Origin: Pseudomonas aeruginosa
Lineage (GTDB): Bacteria; Pseudomonadota; Gammaproteobacteria; Pseudomonadales; Pseudomonadaceae
Direction: 5' to 3'
DNA length: 32,000 nucleotides
Assembly (NCBI RefSeq): GCF_001457615.1
Contig: NZ_LN831024.1
Span: forward strand, 5,310,001-5,342,000
The notes under the pieces are model-generated. The model had not been told where the DNA came from. It ran no database searches and saw nothing but the letters and a program-made list of their open reading frames with translations. The position numbers were made by a program, and so were the translations under genes. Shown one piece after another: positions 8,768-16,234 of this stretch. How positions within the stretch are numbered: the stretch's first letter is position 1; every line of letters starts with the position of its first letter.

Positions 8768-10330
8768 GTGAGCCAGACCCTGATCGCCGCCCTGCAGAAC
8801 CCGGCCCTCTACCCCCACCCGGTGGAGCGCTTCGAGGTCATCGAGACGCACATCTCCTGGGTCCTGTTGACCGGTCCCTACGCCTACAAGATCAAGAAGC
8901 CGATGGATTTCGGCTTTCTCGATTTCACCAGCCTGGACAAGCGCCGCTTCTATTGCAACGAAGAGCTGCGCCTGAACCAGCGCCTCACCGACGATCTCTA
9001 CCTGGAGGTCCTGCCGATCACCGGCAGCGAAGAGGCGCCGCGGATCGGCGGCGACGGCGAGGCAATCGAATACCTGCTGAAGATGCGCCAGTTCCCGCAG
9101 GACAACCTGCTGGCGGCAATCCAGGGCCGCGGCGAACTGTCCAACCAGCATATCGACGAACTGGCCGAGCAGATCGCGCACTTCCACCAGAACACTCCGA
9201 AGGTGCCGCTGGAGCACCCGCTGGGCACCGCCGAGTCCTGCATGGCGCCGGTGCGGCAGAATTTCGAGCAGGTTCGCCCGCTGCTCAAGGACAAGGCCGA
9301 CCTGCAACAGCTGGATGCCCTCGAAGCCTGGGCGGAAAGCAGCTTCGAACGCCTGCTGCCGGTGCTCCAGGAGCGCAAGGCGAAGGGCTTCATCCGCGAA
9401 TGCCACGGCGACATCCACCTGGGCAACGCCGCGCTGATCGACGGCAGGGTAGTGCTGTTCGACTGCATCGAATTCAACGAACCGTTCCGCTTCACCGATG
9501 TCTGCGCCGACTTCGCCTTCCTCGCGATGGACCTGGAAGATCGCGGCCTGAAGTGCCACGCTCGACGCTTCGTCAGCCTCTATCTGGAACACACCGGCGA
9601 CTACCAGGCCCTGGAACTGCTGAACTTCTACAAGGCCTACCGCGCCATGGTCCGCGCCAAGGTCGCGCTGTTCAGCCTCGGCTACCAGACCGATGCCGTG
9701 CAGCGCGCCGCGACCCTGCGCCAGTACCGCAACTACGCCAACCTGGCGGAAAGCTACAGCGCCATTCCCTCGCGCTTCCTGGCGGTCACCCATGGTGTCT
9801 CCGCGGTCGGCAAGAGCCAGGTGGCCATGCGTCTGGTGGAGGCTCTGGGCGCCGTGCGCCTGCGCTCGGATATCGAACGCAAGCGTCTGTTCGGCGAGCA
9901 GCCGGAACACGACAGGGGCCAGTTCGCCGCCGGCATCTATAGCAGCCAGGCCAGCGAAGCGACCTATGCGCACCTTCACCAGTTGGCCGCGAAGATCCTC
10001 CAGGCCGGCTATCCGGTGGTGATCGATGCCGCCTACCTGAAGCAGAATCAGCGCCAGGCCGCTTGCCACATCGCGGAAGAAACCGGCGTGCCGTTCCTGA
10101 TCCTCGACTGCCAGGCGCCCGAAGCGGTGATCGCCGGCTGGCTTGCGCAACGCCAGGCGGAAGGCAAGGATCCGTCCGACGCGACTCTCGACGTGATCCG
10201 CACCCAGCAGGCTACCCGCGAGCCGCTGACAGCGGCGGAGACGGTCCAGAGCAAGCGCGTAGACACCCACGACGCGGCCAGCCTCGACGGGCTGGTCGAC
10301 GGCATTCGCCAGCGCCTGCCCGGTCTCTGA
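8768..10330 (+). CDS. Two-domain protein: N-terminal aminoglycoside-phosphotransferase-like kinase fold fused to a C-terminal P-loop (AAA/kinase-like) ATP-binding domain
   Basis: ORF 8684..10330. The preferred start is GTG 8768, with AAGGA 8 nt upstream; ATG 8684 is possible but has no SD. Kinase catalytic loop HGDIHLGNAAL plus FDCIEF. Walker A GVSAVGKSQ lies about 370 aa into the ORF. Confidence 0.8.
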   Translation: MSQTLIAALQNPALYPHPVERFEVIETHISWVLLTGPYAYKIKKPMDFGFLDFTSLDKRRFYCNEELRLNQRLTDDLYLEVLPITGSEEAPRIGGDGEAIEYLLKMRQFPQDNLLAAIQGRGELSNQHIDELAEQIAHFHQNTPKVPLEHPLGTAESCMAPVRQNFEQVRPLLKDKADLQQLDALEAWAESSFERLLPVLQERKAKGFIRECHGDIHLGNAALIDGRVVLFDCIEFNEPFRFTDVCADFAFLAMDLEDRGLKCHARRFVSLYLEHTGDYQALELLNFYKAYRAMVRAKVALFSLGYQTDAVQRAATLRQYRNYANLAESYSAIPSRFLAVTHGVSAVGKSQVAMRLVEALGAVRLRSDIERKRLFGEQPEHDRGQFAAGIYSSQASEATYAHLHQLAAKILQAGYPVVIDAAYLKQNQRQAACHIAEETGVPFLILDCQAPEAVIAGWLAQRQAEGKDPSDATLDVIRTQQATREPLTAAETVQSKRVDTHDAASLDGLVDGIRQRLPGL

Positions 10331-10342
10331 ACGAACTGCCAT

Positions 10343-10369
10343 GGCGCCCGCCCCTCCAGGGCGGGCGCC
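10343..10369 (+). terminator. GC-rich hairpin after the fusion-kinase gene (terminator-like, no clear U tract)
   Basis: GGCGCCCGCCC-CTCCA-GGGCGGGCGCC. Perfect 11-bp stem starting 13 nt after the stop codon. The downstream sequence is not U-rich. Confidence 0.45.
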
Positions 10370-10421
10370 GTGCCGCTGCTCTTCTATACTCACGGCGAGC
10401 CTTCTGCACAGGACGCCGCCC

Positions 10422-10769
10422 ATGAACTCGCCCCGTCAGCTCGACTCGCCGCTCTACCAACTGCTCCACGCCGAAGACATCGAAGGCTTCAACCGACAGA
10501 AGCCGGCCGACGGCTGGATCGACCTGGCCGGCGGCGACTTCCGCGGCCTCGACCTGCGTCTGCTGGATGCCGCCCGCGTCGACTTCAGCGATGCCTATTT
10601 CCGCGGCGCCGACCTGCGCGGCGTGGATCTGCGCGAGGCGCGCCTGGAGGGCGCCAGCCTGGCCCATGCGCAGATATCCGGTACGTATTTCCCGTTGCGC
10701 CTGGCGCCGGACGAGATCCGCATGTCGGTGAACTTCGGCACCCGCCTGCGCTACCTGCCGGAGCCCTGA
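10422..10769 (+). CDS. Pentapeptide-repeat protein
   Basis: Internal Met of ORF 10341..10769, with AGGA 9 nt upstream. MNSPRQLDSPLYQLLHAEDIEGFN..., then tandem A(D/N)LxG-type pentapeptides (GGDFRGLDLRLLDAARVDFSDAYFRGADLRGVDLREARLEGASLAHAQISG). Confidence 0.8.
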   Translation: MNSPRQLDSPLYQLLHAEDIEGFNRQKPADGWIDLAGGDFRGLDLRLLDAARVDFSDAYFRGADLRGVDLREARLEGASLAHAQISGTYFPLRLAPDEIRMSVNFGTRLRYLPEP

Positions 10770-10994
10770 GAAGCGGAAGGACCACGCCAGGCCACGTTTT
10801 GCCGGGAGGCCGCTACACTTCTGGCAGGTACCCGGCCGGCTGAGGATCGGTCCCGGACCGCCTACGCCGGATCGTAAGGGCGAAGGCCGCTCGCGTCGGC
10901 CATCTCGCTCCATCGCGCCGGCCCTGTCGGCTCCGGACCGGTTCCAGGCAGTTCCGCGCCATCACGCTTCTGAGCGGCATCGCAAGGACCGACG

Positions 10995-11267
10995 ATGAAC
11001 GACGAACTGCTGAACCTGAAAAACCTCGGGAAAACCTCGACCCAATGGTTGCATGCCGTGGGTATCCACAGCGCCACCGATCTGCGTCGGCTCGGCTCGG
11101 TGGGAGCCTATCGCGCGGTCCGCGCGCGCGGCTTCCGAGCCTCGAAAGTCTTGCTCTATGCCATCGAAGGCGCACTCCTCGACGTTCACTGGAACGAGCT
11201 GTCCCCAGACCACAAGGCCGCACTGCTCGGCGAGCTGGAGACTTTCCCCGTGCGAAACAAGAGCTAG
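10995..11267 (+). CDS. Stand-alone TfoX/Sxy C-terminal-domain (helix-hairpin-helix) protein
   Basis: 90-aa ORF with SD AAGGA 6 nt upstream. LKNLGKTSTQWLHAVGIHSATDLRRLGSVGAYRAVRARGFRASKVLLYAIEGALLDVHWNEL is the TfoX_C pattern as I recall it. Confidence 0.75.
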   Translation: MNDELLNLKNLGKTSTQWLHAVGIHSATDLRRLGSVGAYRAVRARGFRASKVLLYAIEGALLDVHWNELSPDHKAALLGELETFPVRNKS

Positions 11268-11274
11268 CTCACAC
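11254..11274 (+). promoter_or_regulatory. Candidate Vfr/CRP-type site upstream of cbpA
   Basis: GAAACAAGAGCTAGCTCACAC has a good right half-site (TCACA) and a weak left half (CAAGA versus TGTGA). It contains the 10-bp palindrome GAGCTAGCTC. A -10-like TATTTA lies at 11289-11294. cbpA is reported to be Vfr/cAMP dependent. Confidence 0.25.
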
Positions 11275-11365
11275 CTGCCACGGGAAGATATTTACTCCCC
11301 CCGGGCGCCCACCTATCGTCTCGTGGACGTTCGTACCTCCTCTCCCGACCAGGCAGCTCAAGGAA

Positions 11366-12169
11366 ATGGCCATGTATCTACTCGGCGAGCAACCGGCTTA
11401 TGCCGACCAATTGATCAATCGCCTGCAGGGGATCCCTCACCGCTTGCTCGAAGGCCTGGCACCCAGCGGCCCCGCCCTGGAACTGGAACGTAGCGACGAC
11501 CTGGAACGCGAGCTGCCCGCCGACCAGGTATTCCTGGTGGAAAGCGGCCTGCTGCATGCGCTGGTCGACGAACGCCCACTGTTCTACCTCCAGGAAGGCG
11601 ACCTCCTCGGCCTTCGACGCGGACTCGAGCTCCCCGCCTGCCGGCATGCCAACGAAGAGCCGATCCGCCTGCTGCCCTATTCGCGCGATGCGCTGCTCCA
11701 GCACATCCATGCTGACCAGGAACGTCAGGAACTGCTATTGCAGTACCTGATCGGACAGACTGCCCTGCTCGGCGATGCGCTGGCGCACCTGAAGCAGCCG
11801 GAAGTCCGCCCGGCCACCGGCTTCCGCCACTTCGCCGCGGGCGAGGCGCTGATCCGCCAGGGCGACGATGCGGATCATGTGTTCATCATCATCGAGGGGC
11901 ATGCCGAAGCGCTGGTGGACGGCCAGAAAGTCGGCGATGTGCAGAAGGACGAGATCTTCGGCGCCATGGCCGTGTTCACTCGCGAGAAACGCAGCGCCAC
12001 GGTGGTCGCCAGCGAACCCTGCACGGTGATGGTGATTCCCAAGGAGCAGTTCCTCGGCCTTATGCAGAACAACCCGCGAATCGCCCATAGCCTGATCGAA
12101 GGCATGGCCCGGCGGATAGACCTGCTTAACCGGGAAGTGACCCAGCTGCGCCTTCGCCGCAGCGCCTGA
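11366..12169 (+). CDS. cbpA: cAMP-binding protein A (tandem cNMP-binding-like domains)
   Basis: In ORF 11045..12169, Met codons at 11366 and 11372 follow CAAGGAA (MAMYLLGEQPAYADQLINRLQG...). The C-terminal cNMP domain has the phosphate-binding cassette IFGAMAVFTREKRSATVVA. The start codon is uncertain by 2 codons. Confidence 0.85.
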   Translation: MAMYLLGEQPAYADQLINRLQGIPHRLLEGLAPSGPALELERSDDLERELPADQVFLVESGLLHALVDERPLFYLQEGDLLGLRRGLELPACRHANEEPIRLLPYSRDALLQHIHADQERQELLLQYLIGQTALLGDALAHLKQPEVRPATGFRHFAAGEALIRQGDDADHVFIIIEGHAEALVDGQKVGDVQKDEIFGAMAVFTREKRSATVVASEPCTVMVIPKEQFLGLMQNNPRIAHSLIEGMARRIDLLNREVTQLRLRRSA

Positions 12170-12222
12170 GGCCCATTCCAGAGGGCTCGCGACTAGCTAG
12201 CAGAAAAGTTTGGCGAAAGCGT

Positions 12223-12250
12223 TTGACATGGAAATGAGAATCATTATTAT
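12223..12250 (+). promoter_or_regulatory. prrF1 promoter with overlapping Fur box
   Basis: TTGACA (12223-12228), 16-nt spacer, TATTAT (12245-12250). GGAAATGAGAATCATTATT (12230-12248) matches the 19-bp Fur consensus GATAATGATAATCATTATC at 15/19 positions by my count. Confidence 0.85.
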
Positions 12251-12257
12251 GTCACTC

Positions 12258-12373
12258 AACTGGTCGCGAGATCAGCCGGTAAGCTGAGAGACCCACGCAG
12301 TCGGACTCTTCAGATTATCTCCTCATCAGGCTAATCACGGTTTTTGACCCGGCACTTTGCCGGGTCTTTTTTT
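12258..12373 (+). ncRNA. prrF1: Iron-repressed small RNA PrrF1 (RyhB functional analogue)
   Basis: AACUGGUCGCGAGAUCAGCCGGUAAGCUGAGAG...CUCUUCAGAUUAUCUCCUCAUCAGGCUAAUCACGG. It ends in the terminator GACCCGGC-ACUUU-GCCGGGUC plus U7 (12346-12373). The start is inferred 7-8 nt after the -10. Recognised as the prrF locus between cbpA and phuW. Confidence 0.9.
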
Positions 12374-12434
12374 GCCTGCGATTCGGCCGGAGACGACCGT
12401 TCATCGGCTGGCGATGGAATGAATGAGAACCGGC

Positions 12435-12462
12435 TTGACCTGATAATGAGAATAGTTATTAT
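12435..12462 (+). promoter_or_regulatory. prrF2 promoter with overlapping Fur box
   Basis: TTGACC (12435-12440), 16-nt spacer, TATTAT (12457-12462). GATAATGAGAATAGTTATT (12442-12460) matches the Fur consensus at 15/19 by my count. Confidence 0.85.
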
Positions 12463-12468
12463 TACAAC

Positions 12469-12582
12469 AACTGGTCGCGAGGCCAGCAGGTAAGCTGAGA
12501 GACCAAGCAGTCGGACTCTTCAGATTATCTCCTCATCAGGCTAATCACGGTTTCGACCCGGCACTTTGCCGGGTCTTTTTTT
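12469..12582 (+). ncRNA. prrF2: Iron-repressed small RNA PrrF2
   Basis: Near-identical second copy of PrrF1. The core GUCGGACUCUUCAGAUUAUCUCCUCAUCAGGCUAAUCACGG is identical. Terminator GACCCGGC-ACUUU-GCCGGGUC plus U7 (12555-12582). Confidence 0.9.
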
Positions 12583-12632
12583 GCCCGCGAAAACGTAGCG
12601 CGATACACGGCTCCAGGCCTCGCGCCCTTCCT

Positions 12633-13520
12633 TCAACGTGCCTTCTTCATCTCCGCGCAATAGTCCTTGTCCGGCTGTGCCGGCGTGTACCAGGCGTAGT
12701 CGGCCTCACGCGTCGTTACCGCCTGCCCGGCCTCGACCAGCATCAGTACCTGCGCACCCTTCTCCGCACCAAGGTCGCGCAGGTGGACCGGTACGCCGAG
12801 GTCGCGCCGGGCGTGGAAGCTGCCGGCGACGAGCATCGCCGGCAGTGGCGCATCGCGAAAACGCTCGGCCATACGGCGGTCACGTTGCTGCTGGACGGCG
12901 AGCATCGCCGGCAATTGATCGTCGGGAAGCATGCCGCAGTGGGATTCGCGAATCTGCGCAAGCAGCGGCAGGCGCACGCTGTCACGCCTGGAGGCCGTTC
13001 CGGGAAGCGGCGGACGCTCCCTGTAGATGCGCATGATCTCGCTCCGCTGGAGGTTCGCCGCCAGCAACGGCGCGGGTTGCGCAACCGCCCAGGACACCAG
13101 GGGTCCGTACTGCGTCCAGTCCCAACCTTTCTGCCAGTCCAGGGCCTGCTCCAGGTTCGCCACCGGCTTGCCGGTCCCGAGTTGTGCGCGGACCGCATCC
13201 ACCCGTGGTTGCTGGCCGGGATCGAGCATTTCCAGCAGCAGGCTGCCCTGCGCCCGATATTCGCCCAGGGCCTGCGCCAGCCACAGTTCCACGGCATGAT
13301 GATCGGGATTGTCGTGCTTCTCGCCGACGATCACTCGCGGCGCGGCCGCCAGGCGTGCGACCAGTTGCTGCGGGCTCAGCGTCACGCCGCTGCGCAATTC
13401 GACTATTCGTCCCGTCTGCGGATCGTCGCGCCCTTCCGCGCTCTGCCAATCAGGCAGCGGCGGCAGTTGGGACTGGCAGCCGCCCAGCAGCAGACAGAAA
13501 GCGAACAGGCGAATGCGCAT
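12633..13520 (-). CDS. phuW: ChaN-family haem-binding lipoprotein, last gene of the phu operon
   Basis: 295-aa ORF with SD AAGGAG. Lipobox MRIRLFAFCLLLGGC. ChaN/DUF399-like sequence (VIVGEKHDNPDHHAVELWL). Its position after phuV matches. Confidence 0.85.
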   Translation of the reverse strand: MRIRLFAFCLLLGGCQSQLPPLPDWQSAEGRDDPQTGRIVELRSGVTLSPQQLVARLAAAPRVIVGEKHDNPDHHAVELWLAQALGEYRAQGSLLLEMLDPGQQPRVDAVRAQLGTGKPVANLEQALDWQKGWDWTQYGPLVSWAVAQPAPLLAANLQRSEIMRIYRERPPLPGTASRRDSVRLPLLAQIRESHCGMLPDDQLPAMLAVQQQRDRRMAERFRDAPLPAMLVAGSFHARRDLGVPVHLRDLGAEKGAQVLMLVEAGQAVTTREADYAWYTPAQPDKDYCAEMKKAR

Positions 13521-13530
13521 GGCGACTCCT

Positions 13531-14298
13531 TCAACGGGCGACGATCAGCGGATGACCTCGCTCGGGATGACGCTGGACCAGGACCTCGAGGCCGAACACC
13601 GCGCGCAACGGCTCGGGGCGCAGGACTTCCTCGGGCGTACCGAGCAGGTGCGGGCGACCATTCTGCAACAGCAGCAGGCGGTCGCAATAGCGCGCGGCCA
13701 GGTTGAGATCGTGGAGGATCACCAGCACCGAGGCACCGCGGCGGGCGAAATCATGCACCGCCTGCAGGGTGGTGTGCTGGTGCAGCGGGTCGAGCGCCGA
13801 GGTCGGTTCGTCGAGCAGCAGCACCTGCCCCGGCTCGCCCGGCCACAGCTGCGCCAGCACCCGCGCCAGGTGCACGCGCTGGCGTTCGCCGCCGGACAGC
13901 GCCAGGTAGCTGCGCCCGGCCAGATGGCTGGCGTCGGCCGCCGCCAAGGCCTCGGCGACGATCTGCACATCGCGCTCGCGGCCGCTGGAATGGGGCAGCC
14001 GACCGAAGCCGACCACCGCCTCCACCGGAAAGGCGAAGCCCAGCGACGAACTCTGCGGCAGCACCGCCAGGCGCTGCGCGCGAGCGACGCCCGGCCAGTC
14101 GTCGAGGCCGCGCTCGTCGAGCAGCACCAGCCCTTCGGCCGGCTCCAGTTCGCCACAGAGAGCGCCAAGCAAGGTGCTCTTGCCAGCGCCGTTGGGGCCG
14201 AGTACGCCGAGCATCTCGCCAGGCCGCAGCTCCAGTTCGAGGCCTTCCAGTACAGTCTTTCCGCCACGGCGGATGGACAGGTTCTCCACGCGCAGCAT
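13531..14298 (-). CDS. phuV: Haem ABC transporter ATP-binding protein
   Basis: Start at the internal Met of ORF 13531..14568 ([20 protein letters not shown]), which overlaps the phuU stop by 1 nt (TGATG). Walker [10 protein letters not shown], signature LSGGERQRV, Walker [12 protein letters not shown]. Confidence 0.9.
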
Positions 14299-15335
14299 CA
14301 GGCCCGCCCCCGCAATAGCAGATAAAGGAAGAACGGCGCGCCGATCAGTGCCGTGACGATGCCGATCGGCAACTCCGCCGGAGCCAGCGCCAGGCGCGCC
14401 AGCAGGTCGGCAAGCAGCAGGAGAATGGCGCCGGCCATCATCGAGGCCGGCAGCAACGTCCGATGATCCGGACCGGCAACCAGACGGATCAGGTGCGGTA
14501 CCACCAGGCCGATGAAGCCGATCATCCCCGCCGCCGCCACTGCGGCGCCGACGCCAAGGGCAGTGCAAAGCACCAGTTCGGCCTTCAATCGCTCGACGTC
14601 GAAGCCCAGGTGACGGGCCTCGGACTCGCCGAGCAGCAGTGCGTTCAGCGCATCTGCCCGGCGCGGTAGCCAGCAGGCCACCAGCAGCGCCACCAGCAGC
14701 AGCGGCCAGAGTCGTGGGTAGCTGGCGCCGTTCAGGCTGCCCAGGTTCCAGAAGGTCAGGGTACGCAAGGTGGCGTCATCGGCGAGATAGGTAAACAGTC
14801 CGATCACCGCGCCGGACAGCGCGGTCAGGGCGATCCCTGCCAGCAACATGGTGGCCACGCTGGTCTGGCCATCGCGGCGGCCAAGTCGATAGACCAGCCA
14901 GGTCACCCCCAGGCCGCCGCCGAAGGCGCACAGTGACAGCAGGTAAGGCGCGAGGAACGCCGGCAAGCCACCCAGCGAGGCGCCGAACACGATGGCCAGC
15001 GCCGCGCCAAGGGCCGCGCCGCTGGACACCCCGACCAGCCCTGGATCGGCTAGCGGGTTGCGGAACAGGCCCTGCATCGCCACCCCGGACAGCGCCAGCA
15101 CCGCGCCCACGGCCAGGCCGAGCAGGGTCCGCGGCAGGCGGATCTGGCCGAGGATCATTTCCGCCTGGGCCAGGCCCGCTCCATCGAGCGGCAGCCCGGC
15201 CAGGCGCAGCGCGGCGCGCAGGGTATCGCCCAGCGGCAGGCTGACGGGACCGAGGGCGAGGGACAACCAGAGGACCAACACGAGCGAAATCCCCAGCGCA
15301 CCGAACAGTGCGCGGGGGCGAACAACCGATTTCAA
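14298..15335 (-). CDS. phuU: Haem ABC transporter permease (FecCD family)
   Basis: 345-aa polytopic membrane ORF with typical FecCD/BtuC-like sequence. The start overlaps the phuT stop by 4 nt. Confidence 0.9.
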
Positions 15336-16225
15336 TGGGCGGCTTCCATACTCAGCGGTTTCGCGGAAGGATAAAAGGCTGCGGAGAGAGCCGCCAGGCC
15401 ATCCGGCAGGCGCGGACCGAGGCCGCCCACCAGGAGCGTCGGGTCAAGCACCAGCAGACGTCCGTCACGCGCCGCGCGGGTCGCGGCGAGCCCGGGGTTC
15501 TGCTTGAGCAGCGCGGCACGCGCCGCATCACCTTCGAGGCTGCGGTCGGCGATCACCACCGCGACCGGATCGAGCGCTGCCAGGGCTTCCACCGAGATCG
15601 GCTTGTAACCCTCATGGGTAGCCAGGTTGCGTGCTCCGGCTCGGTTCAGGACCCAATCGCCGCCGGTATTGCGCCCGGCTACCAGCAACTGACCGCCGGC
15701 GTTGCCGATCACCAGCAGGACGCCCGGGGCCGGCTGACTCTTCTGCGCGGCCGCGATCCAGTCCGCCTGGCGCCGCAGCCGCTGACGATAGTCAAGTTCG
15801 GCGGCCTCGGCGCGCTGGGGCACGCCGAGCCAGTCGCCGAGCTTCTTCAGGTTGCTTTCCAGTGCCTCCAGATCCGGCCTGGCGGAGAGGGTCTCGACCC
15901 GCACGCCGGCGCCTTCGAGCTGCTTGAGTACCGGCGGAGGCCCCATTTCCTCGGTGCCGATGAGGATATCCGGACGTAACGCCAGCACGCCCTCGGCAGC
16001 CAGTTGGCGCTGGTAGCCGACGCTCGGCAACTGTTTCAGCGCCTGCGGATGCTGGCTGGTGGTGTCCACCCCGACCAGCTTGCTCTCGCCGCCCAGCGCC
16101 ACCACCCATTCGCTCAGCGAGCCGCCCGCGCTCACCCAGCGTTGCGGCAGCTCGGCGGCCTGGGCCATGCCGGTGCCGAGCAGGATGCCCAGCGCCAACC
16201 CGTTGAATAGTCGATCGATACGCAT
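15332..16225 (-). CDS. phuT: Periplasmic haem-binding protein of the ABC transporter
   Basis: 297-aa ORF. Signal peptide MRIDRLFNGLALGILLGTGMAQA. SD GAGGAGA overlaps the phuS stop. Class III substrate-binding-protein-like sequence. Confidence 0.9.
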   Translation of the reverse strand: MRIDRLFNGLALGILLGTGMAQAAELPQRWVSAGGSLSEWVVALGGESKLVGVDTTSQHPQALKQLPSVGYQRQLAAEGVLALRPDILIGTEEMGPPPVLKQLEGAGVRVETLSARPDLEALESNLKKLGDWLGVPQRAEAAELDYRQRLRRQADWIAAAQKSQPAPGVLLVIGNAGGQLLVAGRNTGGDWVLNRAGARNLATHEGYKPISVEALAALDPVAVVIADRSLEGDAARAALLKQNPGLAATRAARDGRLLVLDPTLLVGGLGPRLPDGLAALSAAFYPSAKPLSMEAAH

Positions 16226-16234
16226 GATCTCTCC

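Larger units (their letters stand above)
12258..12582 (+). ncRNA. prrH: PrrH, the read-through transcript from the prrF1 start to the prrF2 terminator
   Basis: The tandem arrangement with a 95-nt spacer (12374-12468) is the architecture reported to yield the haem-responsive PrrH RNA. The window supports the architecture only, not expression. Confidence 0.55.
12221..12590 (+). repeat. Tandem direct duplication of the whole prrF unit (promoter, Fur box, sRNA, terminator)
   Basis: The units at ~12221-12381 and ~12433-12590 align end to end. In the transcribed part I see three substitutions near the 5' end, one indel/substitution at CCCACGCAG versus CCAAGCAG, and one at GGUUUUUGACC versus GGUUUCGACC. 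Confidence 0.9.

Noticed and set aside
5868-8771. 967-aa plus-strand ORF (also 5024..6451, 475 aa) covering the lpoP/mrcB region
   Set aside because: It is antisense to clearly conserved genes (PBP1b motifs on the minus strand). The sequence is Ala/Gly/Arg/Leu-rich and low in information, with no recognisable domains. Long stop-free antisense frames are expected in high-GC DNA with GC-rich third codon positions.
8687-10423. 578-aa minus-strand ORF opposite the fusion-kinase gene
   Set aside because: It is the mirror frame of a gene with clear kinase and Walker A motifs on the plus strand. It has no motifs of its own and typical high-GC antisense composition.
11261-11270. CTAG-containing palindromes GAGCTAGCTC (11261-11270) and CTAGCTAG (12193-12200) as a shared motif
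   Set aside because: CTAG is rare and the palindromes stand out. However, there are only two occurrences, in different contexts (a gene 3' end and a promoter-upstream region). I cannot show they are more than coincidence. They are mentioned only as parts of the cbpA and prrF1 upstream observations.
12221-12590. prrF repeats as a possible CRISPR-like or mobile repeat array
   Set aside because: There are only two copies, each about 160 bp with its own promoter, Fur box and terminator. There are no short regularly spaced repeats, no cas genes, and no terminal inverted repeats or target duplications.
14299-14568. N-terminal 90-codon extension of phuV in the ORF track
   Set aside because: The extension overlaps the phuU coding sequence in another frame and is Arg/Gly-rich. 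The conserved ABC ATPase N-terminus starts at MLRVENLS (14298), where the ATG overlaps the phuU stop.
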